Shown here piece after piece: positions 53,001 to 64,000 of a DNA stretch of 64,000 nt. Position numbers and translations under genes: made by a program. Numbering within the stretch: position 1 is the first letter of the stretch; each line of letters begins with the position of its first letter. The DNA is from Ascidiella aspersa (lineage: Eukaryota). The stretch spans positions 23,374,001 through 23,438,000 of the forward strand of contig OZ004607.1 of assembly GCA_963924565.1 (NCBI GenBank), given 5' to 3'. Under the pieces are notes generated by a model. It was not told the origin of the DNA. It worked only from the letters and a program-made list of their open reading frames with translations, and searched no databases.

Positions 53001-54774
53001 AATAATTTACAGAAAGGTAGTCATAAACTTAATTCGGTTTTAGTCTGCCTTTTCGTCGGAGGCAACCAGCGTTGTTGACTGTCTGCGAAACTTCACCAAG
53101 GAGGAAGTGCTGGACCGCGACGAAAAGCCGGTAAATATATCATCTATGTAAAGTTCTATTGTGAAAGTTTATGTTTTGTAATCTCTTGATCGCAGTCAGT
53201 TGCAAATCTTTTGCGAGAGTTACGTTCACGGTTTTGCATTGCGTTGTTCTTTCAGACGTGCGAACGTTGCAAGACCAGGAGGAAAATGACGAAGAAACTC
53301 AGCATACATAAATTCCCTAAAGTCCTCGTCATTCGTATCCTTTAAAATTTACGCGTGACACTTGTAGTTAACTAAGTCTAACTTGCTTTTTTCCCATATC
53401 TATGATATGCCCATTACAACAACTAAAATGCTTCACAATTGTCGTGTGTTTTTTATTGGGTTGGACGCCATTTTTTTGGCTACTCAAAAATATTTGCTAT
53501 ATTGTCTTAACCTGAAACTTTCACGGCGACGAAGATCTGAAGCGTTTCAATGAAGGAAGTCGTTACAGACAAAAGTTAACCAACCTTGTGAAGTTTCCTA
53601 TGCAAAACCTCAACCTGGAAAACTATGCAAGCGACCACTGCGAAAGTAAGTTACTGTCTGTGTTTAAATATAAAGAATATTTTTTATATAGTATCAAGTT
53701 TGTCTAAAATGTTTGTAGGGTAATGCAAGGTTGTACTATGTTTAGGTCAACTTCACATCCGAAAGTATTTAAAAAATGGAAAATATTATTTAAAAACTGA
53801 AAACATATTATTTAAAAAGCGAAATGCAAGTATTACCATGTAAACAAGTACCTACAACATTCGCTCAAAAATCATAAAAAAGTAATATTTTAATTAACTA
53901 AAATAAACAACGCCTAATTTGACCCTATAAAAAATAAAGCATTTAGTCCAAATGCATTTATCATAAAATGTTTTGTGCTATATATAAAACGGCCGTTCCG
54001 ACCAGACAGTCCCTAAGCGTCATTTGTGTAAAGCTTCGTTGCATTCTACTTCACCACAGATCGCAGTTCAGCGCTATATGACCTGTACGCAGTTTCCAAC
54101 CACTGTGGTTCGTGTTACGGCGGCCATTACACCGCCTATTGTTGCAACCCGGACACGAGGCAGTGGCACGACTTCAACGACTCGCAGTAAGTACGCCAGT
54201 CGCCAATTCATCAATTGATGATCTTCTGCTTGGGTAAAACCATTTTTACAGCTTTTTAAGAAATTGTTGTCTTGAAGTTGAGGTTTGAAATTTTAGTTTG
54301 TGGGAAGAAACTGTTTTCCATGACGATATATGGTTACATCGGATAGTTGAATTTTTTTCGCTTGATGTGGCTTTGGGCAAACGGCATATATGGCCTGAAT
54401 AAGTCCGATGCCAAAACAAAATATAAATATGGAAAAATACCAATTGCCGGGGAACTTCAATTTAAAGTTACGCACGAATCAAAACAAAATATTTACCACG
54501 GAAACGCTTTGGCGGTACTCTTTCTTACAACTTTAATTTCTAAATGGTTTGATTCAGATTGTGCATTTATGATTCAAATGGGCCTGTAGTCATGTGACAG
54601 CCGTTAGTCGCGAAAGTGCACTCCAATGTGTGTAATCATTCGCTTATACATCGTTTTTTACCCTGTAATTTACCTTTCAGGGTTACCTCGATGTCGTCGA
54701 CCTCTGTATGTACGAAGGAGGCGTACGTCCTCTTTTACACACAAAAAAGCAATACCTCCTCGGCTCGTCTCTGA
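41051..54774 (+). CDS. USP2: Ubiquitin-specific protease USP2/USP21-like (16 coding exons, ~555 aa)
   Basis: Exons 41051-41127, 42464-42511, 43506-43560, 43874-44147, 44666-44707, 46343-46440, 47813-47872, 49454-49580, 50937-51045, 51318-51428, 52478-52646, 53044-53130, 53256-53334, 53535-53645, 54060-54186, 54681-54774. Phases are consistent (1668 nt). Cys box GLRNIGNT|[29 protein letters not shown], His box YAVSNH..GGHYTAY..FNDS, AYVLFY. The start codon and N-terminal exons are less certain. Confidence 0.92.
42885..43030. repeat. Dispersed intronic repeat (copy 1)
   Basis: GCTGG(A/C)AGAATCTT..CAGCCTTCTGGTGACAAGCATTTT is shared with ~44975-45120. Confidence 0.7.
44975..45190. repeat. Dispersed intronic repeat (copy 2), probably MITE-derived
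   Basis: Shares the same core block as 42885-43030. Confidence 0.65.
50431..50800. mobile_element. hAT-like MITE with CCGATA subterminal repeats
   Basis: TAGAGATAGACAGATA...ATCAGTAGATCTATA ends. Near-TSD CTAGTAAT / ATAGTAAT. Repeated CCGATA/TATCGG motifs. Confidence 0.7.
51489..51862. mobile_element. MITE remnant rich in GACTT repeats
   Basis: Starts CAGTGTTG; clusters of GACTTGACTT/AAGTC at both ends. Confidence 0.5.
53335..53534 (+). other. U12-type GT-AG intron of the USP gene
   Basis: 5'SS GTATCCTTT, branch TCTTAAC at 53505-53511, no polypyrimidine tract before AG at 53533-53534. Splicing restores VLVIH|LKRF. Confidence 0.85.
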
Positions 54775-57700
54775 CGGTCTTGCTCGTTTTATACTGAGAT
54801 CAAGTATCTCTCCCTATTGCCATCCGAATCACGTTGCTCCGCTCCAAGGAAAAAACATTACGGCGCTAGTTTAAGAAATACCTTTTAGAATCTTGAACGA
54901 ATATTTCGCATCGGACACGTGCGGTGTCTTGACATATTTTATTATTCTATGCTTTGCGTTCTAAAACAGGTCATTTTTAAATTGCTGGCAAAAGTACGAC
55001 TGTTTTAGCAATTTCGCAAGTCGTTGGTTGTAGCCGAACATGTAATCCGATAGATTTTCTTTACTTAATTAGGAATATTACTTGGGGCTAACCGATGTCA
55101 CGTGGTAGTATCGGTACTTCGTCCAAGTCAATATAGGAATATAAGACATGATTTACGATCCAACTCACCGATTTAACCTTAAAAAAAGGTAAATTTATCA
55201 AAATAATATTCGGTTTACAATTGGGGGTACTTCGTACCACTAAAGCAAATTTTGACTTGACAACCTGTAAGAAAATGGTTGCGACGTTTTTAATTTCATC
55301 TATTTTGCTTGTTTAGGCATACTAATGACGTCATTTAGTAGCGGATCGGATTTTGATACTTTTTTGTCAAAATAAAGCGGATCGCTATCGGAATAAAATG
55401 TCAAGTATCGGACATCCGTACTTATGATTAATATTCCAAGTAGAAAAAACATTTTTTTAATGTTTTTAGCTTCTGTTTTCACTTTGCTGATGAAGTGAAA
55501 TTCTTTCAAGTATATGTATAATTAATATCGCTATCAAATTGATTTGTGGCAATGTAACGTTTTAAAACGTAAAAGAAACTTTGTCATTAGAAATAAATTG
55601 CTTAGTAGTAAAAAATCATTTTAGGTGTGTTTTGTGTAATTTTACTGATCTTTCTATCTATAGTTTTTCAAATTTATATTTTAAGTTACGTACTATATAC
55701 TTTTGATACAAGAATCGTATTTTTCTACACATATTATATAGATACACAAGGCGCTTTTTGCATATTTTTAATTATAAATACATAGAAAAAAGCAATATAT
55801 TATATTTCTATATTAATTTTTCTGCATCCCAGTTTATGATGCCCTCGTTTTTATTTGCACCCTATAGATTTGTTGCTCGTGTTAACGACTTATTTTGACA
55901 TTGTCACTTCGCCTTGACATAACGAAAGTGCTAATGTTACTTGACAGCCGCAACTTAATAGTCCCGTGTTTAATCGGCAGGTCAAACGAGGTCATTCGCT
56001 GTGTTTGTCCCCTATAGTGTTATGCATTTCTGTTTTTGATTGTAGTGTTTTTTTGTGTTTTTTTTTTACCTTTTTGCATGGTTTTTAAAAGGCTATACGT
56101 TTTTTGTTTTTATAATGTTATTGAACAAATAAGTTTTAAAATCTTAGATTTGCTTGTTTCAAGTCGACTTAAAGGTTGTACTTTGTTTTTATTGCGATTT
56201 TTTTTTATTTCTCGTTTGAATATCGATGTGCCACATGCTTGGCCAGTTGGCTCAAAACCGAAAAACATTTTTTTCATATAGTAATGCTTATAATATCTTT
56301 TTTTGCTGTTTGTTCGTAGAAATCGAAATGAAATTTAAAGATTTGTTTTTGATTTGTTGTTGTGGGTCCCCATGCGGAATGTTTACATTAACATTGCCCG
56401 ACAAATACACTTTGAAACTCTCGTGTGCTATCAATTAACTAGGTGTTGTTTTTTAACTGTTTAAATTTAGGAAAACAACGTGTGTCCACCTAATTCAGTT
56501 GTCGGCCAAATTTTTTGCGCCTCCCAAAATACTTTTCCAGAACGTTTAAAAGGCCACTACGTTGCCACTTTGAAAACAGAAGAAGAATTTAGGATTTTTA
56601 TTTTGGTTGAAGACATTTTTAGAATTCCCTCATAATACAATTAATGCAAGAGCATCTGTTGTTCTCGCACGAACTCGCTCTCAAATGTGCATGCAAAAGT
56701 TGCAATATTTTTTTGTAAATTGGCAAAATGGATGCCAGCCATAACCGAAATAAGAACAACATCTATACGTCGAAATATACCACACAATAATTGGAATAAT
56801 TTATAAACCCGTCGGAAGGTCCGAATCGGGCCATACAACCTTTTACTTAACCCCAGCCTAAGTACACTAATAACTTAATATTTTAACCTAACCCAATTTG
56901 TAACCCCCCCCCCCATTCCTACACCCCAAACAGGGGCAACAAATCCGGCACCAAAACAGCGCCGTTCAAACCATACCCCTTTTTTAGGCGTTATTTTGGT
57001 TATTTAGGCATTATACTAATAAATCTAGGACTTATTCCGACGATTTAGATCCTGTTGTTTCATGGATATTACTGTGTATTCGACTTTATTACATCGTTGA
57101 TCTCAATACTTTGGTATTATAGACTAATCTGCATGTATAATATTTTTTAACAGAAATTGGACTGTCCAGTTTATGAGTCACAAGATGCCATAGAATACAT
57201 ATCGTTTTAGGGTGAATTAAAATAAATTATTGTTTTCATAATAATTAAACTTGACTAAAAATGTACTTCAGGGGTTTATGGCCTGAAGGCCTTGTACTGT
57301 CACTATGAGTCAAGATACTGTCACCATGAGTCAAGATTGGCGACACCATCGTTCAGTACAATGGATGTTCGCTAGGATCACGCGGCACACTAAAATTGGT
57401 TAAACAGCCCAAATTCTGGCCGCAGCCCACAGTTTACCGATCACTGGTTTAATTAAATTACACTAAACAAATATACAAAGCTTTCCTAATCTGTTTGTGT
57501 TCCAACTTTCTTCGGTCATTTGCCATAAAGCCAATTCTGAGAGTTCTGTGTTAGTTATAAAGTTACATGAAAGAGTAAAAGTGTGGTAAACACCCTAAAC
57601 AATAAAATGTCTCAAGCCTGCCCAGTGGTAATAGGCTTCACACATTCGGGCCGTTTTACCTTGGATATCCAATACCGGTGAGGGCTTTCTTGCAACAGGT

Positions 57701-59328
57701 TTATTTGTAAATATTTCCATTTTGTTAAAAAAAAACATTTTTCTGTGTTTTTCACGTTAAGCTGCGCAGTCCGACAATAGAACAAGTCGACAAACAGTCT
57801 TCGCACCGCTGTCTTCTGCATACTGATAGTGATCCTTCTACAAACTCATTAAACGTTACTCCTTATCATCAACTTAATGTAGTTTAATCCCCCACTAATA
57901 AAGGTCGCGTGGACTAATGAAAACGGATCCATACCATGAGAATACCGAATGTTCAAAAAAATAAATCGACCAGCAAGGGTTTATTTGTAAGCAAAGCATT
58001 GGCAGCGCAATACATAGCCTGCACATGTACAGGTGAATCGATTTGGAACCGAGGATCCCATTTGATAATACAGGTGAGTCATAGACTGAATGCCACAGTA
58101 TTGTCTATTTCTATATTGTGGACTCGATCTCCTCGCTTGTTAGCGTTTCTAGTGGCCAATGTTTTGTATGCAAATATATACCCTGTGTTTTTACGGCTGA
58201 ACCAAGTTAAAATATTTCAAAAATTCTAGATGAGTTTTTAGCTGGTTATAGTTGTGATTTGATTTTTCAAACCTTTACATCACTGTTCACAAGTTGGTTG
58301 CAAACCTACCTAACAAAACAACTAAAAGCTTTTATACTAAAAGAAAAAGCAAGTTTGGAACCACTATTCGCACCTCGTCGTGCTGCATTCTGTTTAAAGG
58401 TTACCTTATGTCGATGTAATCAGAAGCTGAGTTTATCAGTTTGAACTCATTACAGGCTAGTTAAATTCTGAAAATAATATTTATAAACAATATTTAAAAT
58501 AAACAATACATTTGAATCTACTTTTTCAAAATTCTTTGAGAAAAAGATCTTCTTTGTATTAAATACTCAGTGCAACAAACAGACATGCATAAACAGATTA
58601 AATATTTACAAAACAGTCAGGTAAATTCACAAACTTTGGCATAGAATTTAGCTCTTAAATAACAATTTTATGCAGTATAGCACACGATTTGATCGCATTT
58701 TAAATCAGATATAAGTTGCATGTTATGCACCATTTGTAACATTCTACATAGATCAAAAAGAAATGTAAACTATTCATTTTAAAGTCCATTGATAGACTGC
58801 GATTGTATCGCTAAGAATAAAATGAATTTAGAGTCAGTCAATACGAACAATTCAATTATTGGTATTGTATATCATAAACATAAAAACAAGAACCTATGGT
58901 CTTATACGACCTTAGACATATATAGGAGATAAACACGTACATATCTATAGGCTACAGCCCCTGAAAAAAAACATTTTAAAGGCAAATTATACTACATTAG
59001 ACCCGCACAAATCAAATTTGTACCGCAACAACGAGATGTTAATGACACTTGTGTAACGTGCGTGCATACAATTCGACAAATACGGGTTATCGCCGAGATA
59101 GGAAAAATGAAACCAACTGGCCACTGTATAAAATACACCCTTTACAGGAACGCTCCTACCAATATCTATAATATTGATATCATGCAATACATAATCAAGT
59201 CTGTATAAAGTCAAAGTATTAAACCAAGAATGTATGTCGATGGCCGCAGTACGGAATTTCTAGTCAATTTGTATATTGGGTCTAAATAGATTGTCAAAAA
59301 AGTAAAACAGTTTATTGAAGTAATAGTT

Positions 59329-59493
59329 TTACATTGTTGGAGCCTTGAAGAACGGAGGCACTTCTTGATCAAGCTTAGCAATCACTTTGTAAATCGCCTT
59401 TTTCCATGAAGGGCCTCTGTCCTTTCCAGCTTGAATCGCGGCGAAAAACTCGCACAACGTAATTCGAGCAGTCTCATCAAAACCGCTAGGCAC
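59329..59493 (-). CDS. Prox: Terminal exon of a second Prox paralogue (Prospero-domain C-terminus); upstream exons not found in the window
   Basis: After acceptor TTTTCCTAG: VPSGFDETARITLCEFFAAIQAGKDRGPSWKKAIYKVIAKLDQEVPPFFKAPTM*. Same phase-0 intron position as the first Prox; 29/54 identical to its last exon. Missed by the ORF track. Confidence 0.92.
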   Translation of the reverse strand: MPSGFDETARITLCEFFAAIQAGKDRGPSWKKAIYKVIAKLDQEVPPFFKAPTM

Positions 59494-61564
59494 CTAGGAA
59501 AATTTAAACTTTAATTTCTCATTTATTTTTATTTAGATAATGAAATGTTGAAAAGAATATTTATATTTTGCGTTCAATGACGAGAAACAATCCACCTAAA
59601 TTCATCCAAACAAACGTTGGGTTACAAAAGGTCGACTCGTTGACAGGAAAATCTGCTTGTGCGCCTTCCACAAGTTTTATTGCGAAAAGGCCGGGAGAAG
59701 AAACCCGAGAGGTCACGTGAGGCCATGAATCAGCGCTGCACGAGGTCGCGTCAGATGCATGATGCCTGCGATACCGCTCCAGTTACGGGTCGACGGTAGA
59801 GCATCAAGCCAAACGACGAAAGTGGAAGGAATTGATGCCAGACTGACAGTAACGATAATTTATGATCAAGGAGCTTCAGCCAGTAATAGGCGCGTGTTTA
59901 ACAGCACTCGATTGAGGCTCATCTTCCCACAACCAATTGCCATTGGGATTTTAATGTGTTTTTAAGATTGGTTTCGCTTTCAATTTTAACAATATTTCCG
60001 ATAGTGTTACGTACGATAGAAGATTTAAATTTTAAAAAATGTCCAAATAATATTTGCAATAATATTGTTCATGTTTAAGCAGCTATATTAAAACGACCAA
60101 AGGCAAACGAACAGCTGGATTGTCATCTTTGTAACCTAGTATACGTAGATCGTGGGAAAATTTGCACCAAGTATGCGGTAATAAATGATGGTTTGAAAAT
60201 TACTACAATGGAATAGTAGCGTTGGACAGTGAGCACTCAAGATTGTGTTTGGGAAAACAGAAATGTCTTCGATAGCTAAGGCTGTGAGGTGGCGAAACAT
60301 ATATAAAATATTGGCATAATTACTTCCAGGATATGGCACCGATGCCGCCAACAATATTAAAAGTATCATATAGCCTTCCTATCAAAAAACGTTGTCCAGA
60401 TAACTAATAATTTATTGTTTTAGAGGTAGATTAAGTTATCGATATTCCATGTTGACCGCTATTCATGCACTTAAAGGGCAAGTTTTACTTCAAGGGCAAA
60501 TTACCTATACTTTTTTAACGAAGCAGTTCATGTCAATATATTTTTTGGTTGTAATTATTTTATTTTGCTAGAAGAGTGACGCCATAAAGTAACTCTCAAT
60601 CAATACATTATTTAGATATTTATATACAGCGGTAAACATCTATCTTTATTAACAGATATATTGCATCAAGTGATCGTGGTGAATAAAAAAAAAATATTGG
60701 CCAATTTACAAACGTTATGGAGCTAGCGTGTTTGACACCAGATTTGTCATCAGCGCGCTAGTGAACTCAATTAACCAACGAGCGACAAACCTGACATATC
60801 GCTTATATCCTGAATTGCTATGGTCATTAATCTGTATTTAACATACCAATCTTTACAATTCAAAATTACATGTGCAAAGACCCCCAAATAATAATGGTGG
60901 CTAAATCCCAAAGTAGTTAGTTAAATAATCAGAAAAGCATTCTATAAAGTTCGTAGATGTTCGCTTTTGATTGCAATTAGATTTTGTTCAATTTTATTAC
61001 CAAAAAAATTGTCAAAAAAACAAACGAGTGTGCCACGGCAAACTCAATAAACTTCTTTCATACTTTGCATTGTGGTAGTAGTGTTTTATATATAGCCAAG
61101 AACTATTTTTTTCATGTTTTGCGTTTTATGGAAAGAAAGGGCATTACCATTTTGAATTTTGTGGAAAATCTCTTGATTAACTTTTTAGTGAACCTATACT
61201 TTGACACAAGTATGTTAAGCCCGCTTTAAGTGATTCCACTCAGAACAAAACTGTCGTGAGTAGTTTACTTTATGGCACTGTAGCTCTAAATTAAAATAAC
61301 TATTAGCAATAACACATCTTGCGGTGTTATGTATACTGCTTCTTTGTTTTAGCTGCAAGTTTGCCTAACTGCACAACTGAGTGTAGGTTAATATTTAAAA
61401 CAGTTTCCTCTGGTTTTTAAATATACTATGCCTGGTAGCAACAGCATATTTATTGAGTGTAGGTTAAGTTGTTATATGAACTAATTTTATGGTGCTTGTC
61501 TGTTTGTAGACCGCACGAGCAAAGTTTACACAAAACTTTATTGTTTCACTATTGTTAACTAAAG

Positions 61565-61821
61565 CAGTGTTTCTTAATCAGGTGAATGGTTCACCCCAGG
61601 GTGAATACAATTTTTGCAGGGGTGAACCAACCAAAAGGGGTGAATAAGGGTGAACCGTCAGAAATAAATGACAACTTGCGAGCAGGGCGGATATTCCGGG
61701 TGTTCATTCTGTGCTGTTATATATAGACAAGATAGTTTTATCATATCATGAGACAAGGGTTAATAAAATCTGGAGATAGATGCTAGGGGTTAACAAAACT
61801 AAAAAAGTTTAAGAAGCACTG
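61565..61821. mobile_element. hAT-like MITE with perfect 8-bp TSD
   Basis: TIR CAGTGTTTCTTAA / TTAAGAAGCACTG. TSD AACTAAAG at 61557-61564 and 61822-61829. Internal GGTGAA repeats. Confidence 0.9.
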
Positions 61822-62735
61822 AACTAAAGCATTTGGTTAAAATTTGCCACAATTATTTCAAGTCGGAATCGAATGCACATGAAATCGTTTACAAAATAAA
61901 ATAAAATAAAGTCAGCTTTTAAAATTATCGTTCAGTTTTTTTTTAATTTTATCGTTCAATTTTATGAAAAAAATTTAGTTGTAAGTTATATTCAACGACA
62001 ATTTAAATGTATTATATCTTTATTAGAGCAATATACAGTATACGCAAGCAGAATTAACCACCGAGGCCTCTCTCATTTGGACAAATGTATTAAACAGTAT
62101 TTGTTGTATTTTTTCACTTGTGATTTTCAATTATCCCATTTCCTATTTCGATAACTTGGTCTTTGTTAATTTTCAGCAATTATTTTACGTTGCATTTCAA
62201 CCATTTAGACCACGTTTTTTTATAGTAGTTTGTCTTTGCGAATGACAAAAATATCAACTAAGTTTTTTTCATGAGTTTTGCATTAACCCGCAAAAATAAC
62301 TGAACTGGTGTTCGACTTGTAATCAGTAAAACATCAAAAACGTGTGGTTGACGACGCAAAGACACTAATCCAGTAACAACAATAGTTTATTCAAATCAAT
62401 GTATTTCTAACATGTCAAAATTTGCCAAAAATAAATTATTTTTTGTTCAAAATTTTAATTTTTTAGGTCAAAATTTCTTATTTTTAAGTAAAAAAATAAT
62501 CTAACCCTATGCAGGGTTACCATCTGCTTAGCCTTAGACCGAAATATAACCACACTATACTGATAACTCGGGGCGGATACAGGATTTAGGGTTGGCATCC
62601 TACATAATAGGAATTACGTCATACAATACAATTGCAATTATACATACAATTGAAAAACAACTATTTTTCTCTGCGCAAAATGCAGCCTATCAAAATTGGC
62701 AAAAACTTTTCATTCATGAGAAGTGACGCCTTAGG

Positions 62736-63092
62736 CTGGGACACCAAACTTTTTTCATGAAGGGCCAGATAACTGTAAGTCTTGGCCATAGGGGGCCGGA
62801 TACTTTTAGGATTTACGACTGTCGGTCGATTAAATCACATTTTTTGTCGGACTTTACTAACTTAATTACCGTTCAGCGAAGGAAAGAAACTATGTACAAC
62901 AAAAAATGTAGCGGGCCTCAATAAATTGTCATACAGTTTAAAATTTTATCAAAATTTAGTTTTGAATTGCATTGGACAACATTTTAACTGCCCTTCATCT
63001 TCATTTAAAAAAATATGCTGTGGGCCGGAATAATTGACTCGCGCCGGCGGCCGTCTGGATCTGGATCGCGTGACGTAGTTTGGTCACCCCTG
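62736..63092. mobile_element. hAT-like MITE
   Basis: CTGGGACACCAAACT / AGTTTGGTCACCCCTG ends. Flanks CCTTAGG / CCTTAAG. Confidence 0.7.
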
Positions 63093-63305
63093 CCTTAAGC
63101 CGGTCATTGTTATATATACTGTGTGGCGCTGCACACTAGTGTGCCCCTTGAGATTCTTAAGCGTGTAGCAAATTTTTTTGTAATATTTGACATTATATTT
63201 TTGGTTTTAGTGATAGATATACACTCTTACAGGCAAGGTTACAAACTGCCAAGCCTCTTAAAATCAACACGCTGCTCTGTGACGTAGTAGATTGTCACTC
63301 TAACT

Positions 63306-64000
63306 CAGGGGTTCCCAACCTTTTTTGCTGCTCGTACCCAGTCAGGCCGGAGCAATCTTCGTTCCCCCACAAAAAATTCTGATGGAATTTTTCGGATATA
63401 TATTGCTAAATTACATTTCTTTATATCTTGATTTTTTTTCGATTTTACTCAAGGAAAATTAAGATGTCTTATATGAAAAGTTTTTCATGTCTATACTTGT
63501 TTCGTAAATTGTTCTGTCAATAACTCCTGAGGCACAGCCGATTTCTGTGCCTCAAGTTGATTGCTGGTAGCAAGTAAATTCACAATCAGTTCTCAATCTC
63601 TTAAAGTTGGTCGGCGCACTTAAAACACGAATTGTGATGACACAATGAGGTTTCTTACTAAATAACAACAATTATCTGTAGATAATTGCCTTTTTTTTTT
63701 CAAAGCAAAGACCGTATTGGCCTAACTTCATTTACAATTCCAAAATAAAACTGTACTGGAAAATCTGCTTGAAAAGCTCCTCTGTGGCCCAAGGATCTTC
63801 GTACCCCTTGATGTCCAATCTCGTACCCCTAAGGCAGGGATGTCCAACCTGCGGCCCGCGGGCCGCATTGCGCCCCGCCTGATATTTACGTGCGGCCCAC
63901 CACTTATTATCCCTTTCAGTAGCCTTTATTAAAAATAATTGTTTCGACTATCATCAAAACGTGTAGAACGCGCAGTATTTGATGTAGGCCTAATCTTATG
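63306..64000. mobile_element. Stacked hAT-like MITEs (second one runs off the window)
   Basis: CAGGGGTTCCCAACC at 63306 with CGTACCC motifs. A new end CAGGGATGTCCAACCTGCGGCCCGCGGGCCGC starts at ~63835. Confidence 0.65.

Noticed and set aside
56800-57050. Interstitial telomere (CCTAACCC-like motifs)
   Set aside because: Only a few degenerate motifs between imperfect inverted repeats; more likely a small non-autonomous TE remnant.
59494-64000. Further exons of the second Prox gene
   Set aside because: I found no KWFSNFRE- or KAKLMFF-like coding sequence on the minus strand; these exons presumably lie beyond the window.

Overview
AT-rich animal genomic DNA with short GT-AG introns and many MITEs. 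It is probably an ascidian/tunicate; this is inferred from gene architecture, not established. Main content: (1) A complete 8-exon Prospero/Prox homeobox gene on + (CDS 16050-27365, ~914 aa), whose intron 5 is a minor-spliceosome (U12) AT-AC intron. (2) A full-length but decayed L1/Tx1-type LINE on - (30060-37591, 12-bp TSD), carrying an unusual Cys-rich region between ORF1 and ORF2. An internally deleted Gypsy LTR element is nested in its endonuclease domain (33711-36087, 4-bp TSD, tRNA-Trp PBS). (3) A USP2/USP21-like deubiquitinase on + with 16 coding exons (CDS 41051-54774, ~555 aa), a U12 GT-AG intron and a C-terminal PTS1 (-ARL). (4) The last exon of a second, divergent Prox paralogue on - (59329-59493), giving a Prox> USP2> <Prox arrangement. 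The rest is intronic or regulatory DNA, a ~370-bp tandem repeat and many hAT-like MITEs. Most ORF-track entries are spurious. I see no clearly new biological system; the most notable items are the two neighbouring U12 introns, the convergent Prox pair, the LINE Cys-rich module and the mosaic LTRs.
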